A DNA stretch of 63,210 nucleotides, counting the filler, from Craspedostauros australis (taxonomy: Eukaryota), in assembly GCA_030167865.1 (NCBI GenBank). It is 21 parts of 21 records of this genome, joined end to end, with 100 filler letters (N's around TTAATTAATTAA, not from the genome) between each part and the next. Parts side by side here need not be neighbours in the genome. Positions count along the whole stretch, not along the records: positions 18,738 to 23,161 come from JALAGF010001753.1; positions 23,262 to 26,040 come from JALAGF010001755.1; positions 26,141 to 27,797 come from JALAGF010001756.1; positions 27,898 to 29,955 come from JALAGF010001757.1; positions 30,056 to 31,712 come from JALAGF010001758.1; positions 31,813 to 33,130 come from JALAGF010001759.1; positions 33,231 to 34,675 come from JALAGF010001760.1; positions 34,776 to 40,899 come from JALAGF010001762.1; 13 more parts are not named here. One strand, 5' to 3'. Below, piece after piece: positions 22,635-35,642 of this stretch (positions are counted from its first letter, which is position 1; every line of letters begins with the position of its first letter). The position numbers and the translations under genes were made by a program. Below the pieces are notes generated by a model, which ran no database searches, had not been told where the DNA came from, and saw only the letters and a list, made by a program, of their open reading frames with translations.

Positions 22635-22688
22635 GGGTGCGACCTTGGGGTGCGACCTTGGGGTGCGACCTTGGGGTGCGATCTTGGG
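22635..22688. repeat. 13-bp tandem repeat (GGGGTGCGACCTT) x4, upstream of the MORN gene
   Basis: Seen directly. Confidence 0.9.
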
Positions 22689-23261
22689 AACGCTCACGCT
22701 CCCTTTGTTGGTGCAGGGACACCCGGCAAATGCATTGAAACGTGTGTCGTTTGACTCGTTTGACTCGTTTGACCATAAGACCCACTCGAGTGAACGAAGG
22801 TGCAGTCGTGCCTGATCGTGACTTAAACTTTAACAAAATAAGTACATATTCGGAATCTACGTAAAATTTTGTCGAGGGACATTTGATTTAAACATCGGGA
22901 GAGTTGTGGATCAAAAGTTATAGACCTTGCAATAGTTTTGGTCTTCGGCCGTTGTAGACCTTCCTTAGACTTCGCTGGGTATCGCCAAAACTCGCTGATG
23001 ATGTCACACCTGTTCCCATTTTGAATTATTTTTCGCTTGCTATCTGGTTCTGACACGATTCACAATTTCCCACGTCTCATTTTCCTTCAATGTTTCCGCA
23101 CTTTCGACTGCTTGTTTTGCCGCATGTGGATGCAAATCATCATGGATTTACTGCAACATTTNNNNNNNNNNNNNNNNNNNNNNNNNNNNNNNNNNNNNNN
23201 NNNNNTTAATTAATTAANNNNNNNNNNNNNNNNNNNNNNNNNNNNNNNNNNNNNNNNNNNN

Positions 23262-25777
23262 AGGTCGTGATCGACGAAGATTGAGTAACAGTCGTTCAAC
23301 CACGATGAGACCTCTTCGTCAGAACAATCCGCCAGCGAACGCGAACCCAATCCTCTGTTTTCCGTTGGGAAAGTCACCCACATATTGCGAAATACAGGAT
23401 TCAAGGCTTTTACAGTAGCATCCTTCACGCGGCCCGCGGCTTTCTCAGCAGCAAGAGCATCTTTGGCGCGCTGCAAGGCTTCTTTAGTAGAATCCATGAT
23501 GCGCTGCTTGTCCATGCCGCTCTCGACGCAAGTCATCATCGACTTGTGGAAGTACACCCGAGAAATTCCGAGATCCCCTGGAAGCTGTGCCGGGTGGGTA
23601 CCCTTGAGAGACCAAAAGAGATGGCCGGGGCCGTCTTCCACAGATTTCTCTCCACCGATCGTTTTGCATGTGTAGTGGGTTGGCTGGGTGTCATCCGGGT
23701 GTGGTTTGATTTTCATCCCGACCTTGCTCAGAGCAGCAATGATGTCTGCTTCCTGCTGCTGAATCGTGTCAGAATTGGGACCATTGGCGGGAGCAGCAAC
23801 GACGCGCCCGTGTGTATCCTTCTTCACGACGGAGGACGCAGCGATGGCGGCCCCGGCCAGCAACGCAGTGAGAGTCTCAAAGCTGGTCGAGGTTGTTCCG
23901 AGAAACGATTTCTCAGCCGCAGTTGCTTCACCGCCTTGGATGAGCCAAAGGCAAAGGAGCTGCATGGCACCGGTGAGCGCGAATGGACTTGCCTGCGGCT
24001 TGCTCTCATCCTCAACCGTGAGTGGCCTTGCGGTGACTAAGCCATAATCGACGACCAACCGACGCATGATGGAACCGCCCAGGTCACCCTTGAAGCGTTG
24101 GAAGGTGATCCCGTAGTCCATGTTGTTCAGTTGAGTATCGGTGAGCGGTTTGCTGAAAGCTTCATTCTGTTGGAAAAGAAGAGCCGCCAAAGCCCGGGAT
24201 GCTGTGAGCCGCGCAAGGTACGGATTGTGCACCAGAGCTTTCATGCCATTGCTTTCCATGAAGATGGCGAAGGTTTTGGAAAGGATGGCATTCTGCTCGT
24301 ATTCATTCTCACTTGACTTCTTTCGCTGGCCACGGTTGATGTTTTCTTGACTTGTTGACACCCGCATGTAGATTGAGATCATCCGCGCGTTGGAATCAAC
24401 GATGGCCTTGAGAAGAGGGGAATGCTCAAGCTGTGCGTACTCTGGTATGATGGTATTCGTGACATCTTCCACGTATTCGCGGCGAAGAACGTGGTAGACG
24501 TGTGCGACATTCTCCTTTGCAGAAATCTTGCGGTGATCGAAGTTCTTGTGGTTTGATCCCACCCGTGCTTGGTCGGCACCGGTGCCTGCCACAGAGAATA
24601 GGACTTCGATGTCAATGTGCTTGAGAAAACGGGGGAGTTTGTTTGCATTTGAGGAGCCTTGTGGTGCTCCCGCTGCAAAGGGATTGACTTGCTTCATGGC
24701 CTCTCCGGCGCACATGTGCAGGATGAACTTCCCCAGATCCGTTCCAAAGTCTTTGTGGCTGTCGATGATAGCCCGGACGAAATTTGGGGACTTGCTTGCT
24801 TCGTCAATCCCAACGACGATGAAAAGTGTGGTCTTCTTTTGCATATCCTTATCCAACGCTTTGAGAAAGTTGGCAAGCCTGCCGAGACTTTTTTTGTCTC
24901 GCGTGAGGACCGATTCGACTTCACCCTTGAGTCGCGCCCAGGATTGGCCCCTTCGGTCTCTCTTGACCTCACGAACATCCGGTGAATCGAGAAGTTTCAC
25001 ATCGTCGGTGTCGAGCATGATGGTGAACAGAGCGTCTCTGGTGAATGCGCTCGCCGCAAGCTCCACGGTCTTGCCGCTACCACTCTCTTCGTAGTACACA
25101 TGAACCAGCTTGTGCGTGCGGATGTCTGGTGGGGTGGGCGCCGCAATGAAGACTGTTTCGGGGGCCATTTCGCTATTGCCTCCATGTCGAAAGTTGGACT
25201 TGCCGATGTAGTGTGCGTGGCCAGTAGCTTCATCGCTGATGGTGTGCGAGGTGTACTGTAGACCACGAAAGCCATTGGGGTCTTTACCGCGGATCTTCGC
25301 CAACAGCTTGAGAACTGATCGGCGTGGGTTCTTAGGATCGGCGAGTGTGTGATCGTCGTTGGGTTTCCACAAAGCGTTGCGGATGCACTCGGGGATTTCT
25401 TGATGGAGAAGCCGAGATGAGAGCCATTGTTTGGTCAAGATTGGAGGAAGCTCGTTGACGGATGAAAGGAGGTCTTCCAAACTTTGGATGTCGCCACTCT
25501 TGTCGACCTGCTCAAGAATGCTACTCCTCCAAAATGCTTCTCCCGAAAGTTGGTATTTCACTTCAACGTCTGTTGGGGGCTTGTCTCCCTTTCGCAGGTG
25601 TTTTACGATGTTTTCCTCCAGACGTTGCTTCAATTCTTTGGGTACTTCGCTCCACTCGCCGGCCCAGAAGAGCACATTGCCGAAGACTGAGTCAAGATCG
25701 ATAGGTGTTGCTTGATCATCTTCAGCCGTTGGCGCTTGAGTGCCGTCGAGTGTCGTCAGCAGTGACGTGTTGTTCAT
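23262..25777 (-). CDS. Large P-loop NTPase-like protein, Crinkler/RHS (CR)-effector-like, 3' truncated
   Basis: The ORF exceeds 830 aa, with Walker A-like EESGSGKT, Walker B IVVGIDEA and downstream FSVAGTG. Confidence 0.6.
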
Positions 25778-26140
25778 CTTGCTGTTGACAGCCGTTCGGC
25801 AGAAGTGATTGGAGGCGAAAGGGCGACAGCAACAAGAAACCGTGGAGTTCTGATGTTGGTGTGAGTGATATTATGAGTGTTGGTGTCATCAATAGCGACG
25901 ACAATGTTTGATTCTGCTCACCTGGTCTTGTCTTGTTCTGCCTTCGTGAGAACTGTAGCCAGGCTCCGTTCAGCTTTGATTCCTTCGGTTGCCTTCGAAC
26001 CGCCTTAGATCGTATGCTGTCGTATGCTATCGTGTGCTATNNNNNNNNNNNNNNNNNNNNNNNNNNNNNNNNNNNNNNNNNNNNTTAATTAATTAANNNN
26101 NNNNNNNNNNNNNNNNNNNNNNNNNNNNNNNNNNNNNNNN

Positions 26141-26572
26141 GGTCGACTCCGATCGTTTCTGATTGTTTCTTCGCCGATCACTTCACCGGCTTCCTGGAAG
26201 TTCCTCATACCAGGTTCGTTCACAAGCCATCTCACACTTCGTGATGTTGGCCTTCCTCCAGTCCTCGTTTCTCATTGGTTGCGACATGGGGGCCGTAGTC
26301 GCTCGTGTCGTGATGTTGGTCACGGTTCCAACATCCCCGCCCCCTGCGACATACACGTGTGATTCGCATTCCTGCATTGGAGTCATGAACGTCAGGGCAT
26401 GGTTCGCATTCGGCACGTGTCGTTCTCCACCGCATGAAACGTGCAGCTCACATTTTTCTGTGTCACAACGATCAAACGTGGGAGATGCGGTAATGTAGAA
26501 TATCCCGATGTTCGGCTCCTTACTCTTGGGAGGTGCGGCAATTTGGTGTTTCAGAACACCCGATTCCTGACA
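26141..26572. mobile_element. LTR-like repeat family E, second copy
   Basis: Matches ~18993..19520 and ends ...GATTCCTGACA, abutting the piggyBac fragment. Confidence 0.75.
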
Positions 26573-26972
26573 CATTCTTCTGGGAAATCTGCACGCCACC
26601 TGCAACCTGTGGGGCCAGGGGCAACAGGAGGGGTTCCTGCAGACTACGAACATCTTGAACTACATGTCCAAAGGACGCTTCCGCCAACTCCGAGAGATTC
26701 TGATGCCAATGATATTTGCGGATGAATCAAGGAGGGGCGAGGATCCATGGTGGCAGATTCAGGCAGGCGTTGAGGCATTCAACCGCTGCTGCTCCGAAGT
26801 CGTCATACCAAGTCATATCAAAGTACTTGATGAATCGATGAGTGCTTTTCAGCCTCAAGAAAAGAAAAATGGGAACCTGCCACACCTGACATTCGTCAGT
26901 CGCAAGCGAGAGCCCTTAGGTACCGAGTTCAAGTTGGTGACTGATGGTGCAACTGGCATCATGCTGCACCTG
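26573..26972 (+). mobile_element. piggyBac transposase fragment
   Basis: MSKGRFRQL...DPWWQI...VLDESMSAF...LPHLTFVSRKREPLGTEFK, with the first catalytic Asp in DESM. Cut on both sides by LTR-like elements. Confidence 0.88.
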
Positions 26973-27787
26973 TGTTGGCAAGTTCCGTGATTTGAAGCCT
27001 ACAATTGTGGAAGACGGTGTTGATTGATAGTTGTTCTGTTTGCTATTTCATTACGTTGGCACTCCGATCCTCTTGGTGTCTCCGTTCTCTTGCCCAATGC
27101 TCTCAGCGTGTTTGTCTGTTTTGTAGATTCGATCGTCTGCCTATGAGTCGGCATGTGAGATGCTCTCTGGTTACTCTTCGTATTCTCTCTCTCTCTCTCT
27201 CTCTCTCAATATCATGTACTCGTGCTACATGATACTCCGTGTTCAATGCGTACTCCGCATTCGATACTCCGCTTGTTCACTACTGGTTCCTACTCCATGA
27301 GTACTTACCATTTGAAGTTCATCTCCCGTATCCATGATCTTGATGTCCTTCAGTCATCGGATCTTCGCCTCCTGCTCTGACCTGGAAACAGATGTCGATG
27401 TGGTGACATGATGACATCCTGTTGACATCAGTAGGCGCCCTTCTGCTCTCCAGATGTCACGTTCCATTGGTGATGCAGCAGTCTGTCAGATGATATCGTC
27501 ATCTGAGGTTTAGTTGGGAAGTACCTCGAGTTTCGCTTGATACCATACGTTTCCATTGATGGATGGACGGACGATCTTCCAATTCTCTCAGAAATCGTCG
27601 ATTGCTAATTCCCTCCAGAAATTCTGCCCCTTTTCGTGTGTTCCGTTTCCCCTGTGATTCTGACGAATCACAGCATACTATCGACACGAATGTAGTTATA
27701 CCGTCCAAGTGCATATGAGAGAATAACGGGTGAACGATGCACATATACTCGTACATCTTGACATATACTCACATGTACATCTCGACA
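26973..27787. mobile_element. LTR-like element family D (TGTTGG...TCGACA, 815 bp)
   Basis: TG...CA ends, and it interrupts the piggyBac ORF. Its 3' end recurs inverted at 31531..31712. Confidence 0.7.
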
Positions 27788-27897
27788 CCCTTCCTGTNNN
27801 NNNNNNNNNNNNNNNNNNNNNNNNNNNNNNNNNNNNNNNNNTTAATTAATTAANNNNNNNNNNNNNNNNNNNNNNNNNNNNNNNNNNNNNNNNNNNN

Positions 27898-27951
<54 letters not shown>
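27898..27951. repeat. (CA)n microsatellite
   Basis: Seen directly at the contig start. Confidence 0.95.
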
Positions 27952-27954
<3 letters not shown>

Positions 27955-28171
27955 CACACGGTACAACCAGCCACAACACACGACAACACGTGAGACCGTG
28001 ATGCAACAGTCAACATACAATGAACAAACGATAAAACAGGAAACAGTGTACCTACCACCAAACGAGTTGCACAGGAGTGCAATAATCATGCTTCAACACG
28101 GTTTCCACACATATCAGTCTACAGTGATTGAATCTAGATGTACTGAAACCATGCATAACTTCCAGTTTTGT

Positions 28172-29955
28172 TAAACCCTAACCCTAACCCTAACTGGGGT
28201 TTGAGTGTCCGCAGGTGCAACCAATCAAACCCTAATGTACGAGGAATTAACACGGTGACGTACGACGGTCAGACCGAAGTTTGGGTCGATTGACGGACGA
28301 CGTACAGACGTTTGTATGGGCACGCAATACACACGGTCGACGTACGGACGTTTTTGTATGGAAAATATTCATGTTCCGCAACTCCCTGAAAGTGCGGACG
28401 AATGTTCAACATCCGCAACTCCCAAACAACACGAGATACTACGAGCCACACGATACACCGTGTTAAACATGTAGAGCACTCTACACCATGATGAACACAA
28501 GTTCACGTGCATCTGTGTGTACACACACACGCACCACGTCCATACACACACATCACCACTTCTACCATCTTCAATGGACCTCTACAACATGAGATATTGA
28601 TGATCAAAGTACTCAACATCAACCAGTACTCGCAATACACAGTGTCATGTACATGTAAGCACACACACATGTCGACCATGCCCGTACGCACGTGTGACAA
28701 CAAGAACCACACTCTGAATCAACTTGGTGATGGAGATAGTGATGCATGAGTACAACACAAACAACATGTGATAACACGTGCAACCGTGGTAATGTGAGAT
28801 GAACATCGTCAATGGCGGATGAACATCGTCAATGGCGGATGAACATTGTCAATGGCAAATGAACTATCTGTCAACATCAAATGAACTATTGTTAATATCA
28901 TTCCAACTACAGGAGGATGGCACAAGTCCCATGAAATGGCNNNNNNNNNNNNNNNNNNNNNNNNNNNNNNNNNNNNNNNNNNNNNNNNNNNNNNNNNNNN
29001 NNNNNNNGGAGGATGGCACAAGTCCCATGAAATGGCTGACTTGTGGGGGAGGAGGGGGAAGTCAACACCATCAACTGTGATACTCACACATCCACGTGCT
29101 CACACACACACTGCCACACCACAACACACACGATATCACACAGTATGCCACACGTGACTATGACACTGCACACCATGACACATAATATCACATGACAATC
29201 CAGGACACAACTCGTTCAATGGTGACACATGACAGTGCATGGATACAGATCAGGAGCTGTGATCACCAGTCTTCCATTGTGTTGAAATGTCACTTTTTGA
29301 AATAACACGGGGTTGCAATTAAGCTTACAGGTTACTGTAAACCCTAACCCGGATTTTAGCGTCCGCGGGTGCAATCAATCAAACCCTAACTTACGAGGAT
29401 TTAACACGGTGACGTACGACGGCCAGACCGAAGTTTGGGTCGATTGACGGACGACGTACAGACGTTTGTATGGGCACGCAATACACACGGTCGACGTACG
29501 GACGTTTTTGTATGGAAAATGTCGATGAGCCGCAACTCCCGGAAAGTGCGGACGAATGTTCAACATCCGCAACTCCCAAATAACACGAGATACTACGAGC
29601 CACGCGATACACCGTGTTAATCATGTACAGCACGCTACACCATGATGAACACATGTTCACGTGCATCTGTGTGTACACACACATGCAGCGTGTCCATACG
29701 TACATGTCAACACTTCTACCATCTTCAACGGACTTCTACAACGTGAGATATTGATGCTCAAAGTACTCAACATCAACCAGTACTTGCAATACACAGTGTC
29801 GTGTACATGTAAGCACACACACGTGTTCACCATGCTCGTACACACGTGTGACAACAAGAACCACACTCTGGATCAACTTGGTGATGGAGATAGTGATGCA
29901 TGAGTACAACACAAACAACATGTGATAACACGTGCAACCACGTTAATGTGAGATG
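28172..29955. repeat. Direct duplication (~630-bp conserved units ~1.15 kb apart), each headed by CCCTAA telomere-type repeats
   Basis: 28172..28802 resembles 29338..29955. AAACCCTAACCCTAACCCTAAC heads copy 1 and AAACCCTAACCC heads copy 2. Confidence 0.9.
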
Positions 29956-30055
29956 NNNNNNNNNNNNNNNNNNNNNNNNNNNNNNNNNNNNNNNNNNNNT
30001 TAATTAATTAANNNNNNNNNNNNNNNNNNNNNNNNNNNNNNNNNNNNNNNNNNNN

Positions 30056-31530
30056 CCCTCCGGCGACGAAGCCAATGATGAGACAGGTGTCACCCCTCCG
30101 AATACACCAGCGAGGTCTACACATGACACACCATCCAGATCTCCACCAAACAAACCAAACAAGCGTGACATAGCTAGAAAGGAGAGGATCCGACGTCACG
30201 AAGCACGAGGCAGGAAGGGAGAAGCTAATCCCAAGTCAACTGCAGGGAAGAGTATTCCCAGAGCTCTGCGCGAGCTCGCAGACTTCAACGAACGAGGTCG
30301 AAAGGAAGAAGGCTATGAGAGCGAACCATCATCCGATGAGGCGAATGACGAACTCAGCGACGAGACGATCGATGATTCCAACAACGAAACTACAGATGAC
30401 GAAGAAATTGCAGATGAAGGAGAGATCGAGGTCACTCATCATAGCACAACAGGACTGTACGGAATGAATGCAATCATTACCGAATCACCAGCGATCGACA
30501 TCGGATTGTCGATGCAGGACGAGAACAAAGAACCAGAGAAGCACATCGAACCAACGACATTCAATGGAGCCTTCAATCATCCAGATCCCATCCATCAAAA
30601 GGGATATCGAGCAGCCATCAAGAAGGAGTTCGACTCCATGGATACACGCAAGGTGTACAGCAAAATCAAACGAGACGCCATCCCACGCGGCCGCAGATGC
30701 TGCAAATGCAAATGGGTCTTCAAGCTGAAGCGTGACGGCACATATCGAGCGCGGCTCGTTGCATGTGGCTATTCACAAATCGCAGGAGTGGACTTCCAAG
30801 AGCATTACTCACCCGTCATCCACGACGTGACCTATCGGGTCATGATGGTGATCATGCTGATCAAGAAGATGGACTGCGCACTCGTCGATGTCGTAACGGC
30901 ATTCCTACACGGAGACCTCGACGAGGAGATCTACATGAACTGTCCTAACGGGATGGATCATCAACCAGACGAAGCCCTGACCCTACACAAGCCAATCTAC
31001 GGACTTGTGCAGAGCGCCAGGCAATGGTTCAAGATGTTGGTATCGACCCTCAAGAATATCAACTTTGAACAGAGCGCAGCAGACCCGTGCCTGTTCTACA
31101 GGAAGACGAACGAAGGAAGCATGATCGTGGCCATCTACGTGGACGATTGCTTCTGTTGCGGAGACTCCAAGGCACTGGAGACATTCCTGAAGGATATCCA
31201 AGGCAACAAGTTCAAGGTAACAATCGAGCGCGGACTCGGAGATTACCTCAGCTGCAACATCGAACTGAACCACGACAAGACTAGAGCGACACTGCGTCAA
31301 CCACATCTCATCCGACACCTCATCGAAGAGTTCAGAACCAAGGTTGAGAAGATGCAACGCTATGGGACACCGGGAACCCCGGGTCAAATCATTGTACGAC
31401 CATCCGAAGATAACGGATTGCAGAAGGTCGGACCGGAAGAACATGCCAAATACCGCCGAGGCGTTGGTATGCTACTCTTCCTCATCAAGCACTCGCGACC
31501 AGATATCGCAAACCCTGTGAGGGAACTCTC
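30056..31530 (+). mobile_element. Ty1/Copia pol fragment (reverse transcriptase, RVT_2)
   Basis: KWVFKLKRDGTYRARLVACGYSQ, VDVVTAFLHG, IYGLVQSARQW, YVDD, SRPDIA. The frame is open from the contig start and is interrupted at 31531. Confidence 0.97.
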
Positions 31531-31712
31531 TGTCGAGATGTACATGTGAGTATACGTCAAGATGTACGTGTATATGTGCATCGTTCATCCGCTATTCTCT
31601 CATACGCACTTGGACGGTATAACTACACTCGTGTCAATAGTATACTGTGATTCGTCAGAATTACAGGGGAAATGGAACACACGAAAAGGGGCAAGATTTC
31701 TGGAGGAAATTT
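31531..31712. mobile_element. End of a family D LTR-like element inserted in the Copia RT
   Basis: Begins TGTCGAGATG and is the reverse complement of ~27605..27787. Confidence 0.85.
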
Positions 31713-33230
31713 NNNNNNNNNNNNNNNNNNNNNNNNNNNNNNNNNNNNNNNNNNNNTTAATTAATTAANNNNNNNNNNNNNNNNNNNNNNNNNNNNNNNN
31801 NNNNNNNNNNNNAAATTATAATCGTAGATGTCCTCCCTTGTCTGTTGTAGTGAGTTCGTGTTTGGTGTCCTGGTTTGAAAAAACGCGAGCACAGCATCAC
31901 ACTGACTGGTTCATCGTGTAAGTGCTATGCTTTACTGTGGGGAACACTATTTGTCAAAAAATGCATCTCGGACCCACTGACAGTGCAGTGTGGAGAACGG
32001 GTAAGGACGTTCGTCCCCATGGGGCGACATGCTTCCTGGATGAAAAGAGGATGGACTAGGCAACCAGACACTGTTGCTTGCGCAAAACAATCCGAGTGTG
32101 TCCTAATGAAACGAACGAAATCACCAGAGAAACATCTGGACTGTGCAATCACACGCACGTTCAGCGGAGGGGTGGGAGGATGTTCACAGCAACANNNNNN
32201 NNNNNNNNNNNNNNNNNNNNNNNNNNNNNNNNNNNNNNNNNNNNNNNNNNNNNNNNNNNNNNNNNNNNNNNNNNNNNNNNNNNNNNNNNNNNNNNNNNNN
32301 NNNNNNNNNNNNNNNNNNNNNNNNNNNNNNNNNNNNNNNNNNNNNNNNNNNNNNNNNNNNNNNNNACACTGGGCAAGAGTATGATGAGACAATGCATGTT
32401 TGTTGGAGTGCTGCGCAGCAATGAATTGTGGCGCGAAAAAAAAAACACCCCCACGGGAACCGCGGTAAATACGTTTTCGGCGTCGTTTTCGGATGGGACT
32501 GCCTTAGTAGTCCATTTAGTCCGTGCTCTTGGCATCACAAAACGCAAAGGTACTACTGTAGACGTGTGATCGACGTCTCGTGGGCGAGGCTATGAACACT
32601 AGGAGCTACTTCAGTTGCCATTGATTGCCCAGTGCAGGACAGCTCGACGGGGCTTAGNCAGCGTCTGCGCCATCAATTTTTGGCTGGATGTCTTTGGACA
32701 TGTTGCCACCANCNGTGTNGAGGCCAATCGCCCAGGTACGCGCTTTCTGGGCTTGATCTTCGTTGTGCAGTCTTGCTTCAACAGCGGAAACAGTGAGCGC
32801 AACCACGAACGCAGGTAGAGGGCAAAGCCTCGCGCGTACTCTGTGGTACAGGAAGCACATCTGTCCTGACCAGAATAGCCTCCGAGTGCGAGCAGACACA
32901 TCCCGCTCGCCGAATGTGACACGACACGTTCCGTTTGCAAACTGAGGCAAGGGCGATAGAAAGAGAAGGTGGATGGAGTTGCGTGAACTTCGAAGCGGTA
33001 TTCGCCAGTACGATGATTGATGCACGGGGCTGCTTGGCTGTCCAAATGTCCGAAAGCAATTTCTTCATCTTGATGAGAACGAGTGCTTTGTCCTACAGCA
33101 ACAGGAGATGGCGGAACAACTATGCCTTCTNNNNNNNNNNNNNNNNNNNNNNNNNNNNNNNNNNNNNNNNNNNNTTAATTAATTAANNNNNNNNNNNNNN
33201 NNNNNNNNNNNNNNNNNNNNNNNNNNNNNN

Positions 33231-34675
33231 AATTGCTTCTGCGCTCTGGGATGTGTTGCTCCCAAAAGAAGCGACACCAACTGGCCAGATGCATGAGGTG
33301 GTGCAATTTGTCCGAGCAGGGCAAGCACTGCCACCACTGATGCTTGCACCAAATTTGTACCGCATATGTGTTGGAGGGAGCAAACTGATGCACCTCTGCG
33401 CGAGAGCCGTTCTCGCAGAGTCTGCCTCTCCAAAAGCATGCACAGATATTCTCACTGGGTACACCAATGGATTGCCGGAGGAAGAACGCGTGCATGTACA
33501 TAGCAATCGACAAACCATCACTAAAAGCCAACAGAAGACATTGCAGCNNNNNNNNGACATGTTGAGTGATGGGGAGACCATTCCGCCCAAAATTCTCCAA
33601 TACCGTGTGACTGCGTGTGCTTTGTCTGGTGTGGTGTCGTTTCTCTGCACTACGACCACATACAAGGCTGGCTTGTGCCACGCAGTGGAGTGGGAAGGAG
33701 TCGTATTCGAGAAAGTTCCGGTCTTCGATCGTGGAGGCAAAAGCATCAAGGCGCTATTCGACATGTACAAGACTACCACCACCAACCCAGTAGGCGAACC
33801 AGCATTTAAAGAGATGATGAAGCTACTAACACGACGTGGCAAAGTGAACACAGGGCTGTCTTCCTTCGAAAGCCACTTTTTGTTGGCAATGCTAACTCTC
33901 AAACGCACGATCTCGCACCTCGTCACACTTTTGAAGGCTAAGTATCCCACAACAAACGGCGCTGAGGACGAGAATGACGTGATTTCCCGGCATCTGCGCA
34001 CAGCAGAGTCTCTGTTGTACTCATTGGAGCTTCTTGTTGGCTTCGTCAAATGGGAATTCACTGCCTCTCACATGCAGATGGAGTGTGATGACTCAATGCA
34101 CTCAGCTCAATTTGCGCTCACGCCCAACCAGAAGAAGAAGACAACGACAAACAATCCCAATCAACCAGAACGCGTACCAACAAGCACAAGCTCAGGAAGA
34201 AGATCACTCAAACCAATGACATTGCTTCTGCCACCAACGACACTCCAACCATCACAATTGATATTCCTGACATCACTTGTGTGACACATGCTGCTGCCAA
34301 TGACACCACCACTGACAATAATGAACAGCCTTGCGCCACCACAGACAAACAACACACTGGAGTATGTAACCGTTGTGCAGGGGTGATGTGTTTTGTGGAC
34401 GACCAATATGTCCCTTTCGTGACATCGCTTATGGAAGATCACCTTGCGGAACATGCGACAGAATTGGAGTCGATGCTCAATGCCGCACCNNNNNNNNNNN
34501 NNNNNNNNNNNNNNNNNNNNNAAATACTGTGGTACATGGCACACAAAGTGCGCAGCAAGGTTCAATTTGGACAAATTGAGCAGTACCTCCGAAGTATCAA
34601 CAACCGAGAGGATCGCGCACATGTGGTGCTGGACCACAAACAGAAAATTCTTCCGACTGGCCAAGGCGAAGCTCA
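33231..34675 (+). mobile_element. Degenerate DDE transposase fragment, Sola3-like
   Basis: Motif order GKVNTGLS...FVKWEF..H...HSAQFAL...HTGVCNRC...YMAHKVRSKVQ...VLDHKQKILP..GEA resembles the DxxxKxLP family. Frame break near 34280. Confidence 0.5.
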
Positions 34676-34775
34676 NNNNNNNNNNNNNNNNNNNNNNNNN
34701 NNNNNNNNNNNNNNNNNNNTTAATTAATTAANNNNNNNNNNNNNNNNNNNNNNNNNNNNNNNNNNNNNNNNNNNN

Positions 34776-35063
34776 TGCACCCACCACCTGACAGACAGCA
34801 AGCCAAAACGACATTAAAAATAAAGTTCATACAAATTTAACTAAGATATTCAGAATAAACGATAGCCAAGCGTCCGAATGAACTGTCTAGTTTTAATTTT
34901 AAATGGTGCGTTGTTGAGATATAACATCATAAGCAGTTGTTTGGATGGTTTTGGGTGTGCTCTAATTTAGTCTACTTTATCACGACTCATCACGAGTAAA
35001 ACTCAAAAAACACTCCACAACTAGTGTTATCGTGAGTGCATCAACTGCGACCTGGAGGTCGTA
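34776..35063. mobile_element. 288-bp AT-rich element end, identical to 41000..41287, terminating CGACCTGGAGGTCG-TA
   Basis: Two contigs start with the same 288 bp and diverge right after TA. Confidence 0.8.
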
Positions 35064-35642
35064 CGTCTTCCACAATTCACTCTGCGATCAATCCTCGATA
35101 ATCATGGTACGCAACCTTCGTGCTCGCTTCGACCGTCGCAACGGCATCGACGGACCTTCCTCACGGCATCAGCACCCCCGCTGCTCAGTCGTCGCGTTCC
35201 AGCCAACAGAATGGTCGTTGCGTCCAAAATGGACGACGTCGCCGCAGCAACGGCAGAGGAAGAAGTCTCCGCACCCACCTCGGTCCCCCATCTGCACCGG
35301 ATGGATTTGTTGAAGTTCGATGGCGAACCAATCTTCGGCGTGATCGCCAGCATACGGCAGCACGCCAATGAACCAGGAGAAAAGAACTTCGACGTCGCAG
35401 AGATCTAAGATGCATACAACCGTTCCGACTAAATCTCCTGCGGCCCCATCTTCGGACCCATCAACGTGAAGGACTAAGGCAGCACTCACGCCAGGCTCAA
35501 CCTTTCGGAAGCGTTCCCCGAGTATCCCATACATTTCCGTTCGGTTTTGAATTCCGGAAGGGGGGATGGCGAGGAGCAGATTAATACCATACATTCCAGT
35601 TCATGTAACACGCTATGATATGATACGGCGGATCGTGTGCCT

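Noticed and set aside
28172..28240. Telomerase RNA gene (CTAACCCTAAC template-like)
   Set aside because: The tract length differs between the two copies and I could not identify a promoter or terminator. It is kept only as a telomere-like repeat.
31813..33130. Possible transposon or gene fragments
   Set aside because: The region is gappy, and no recognisable motif was found in the frames examined.
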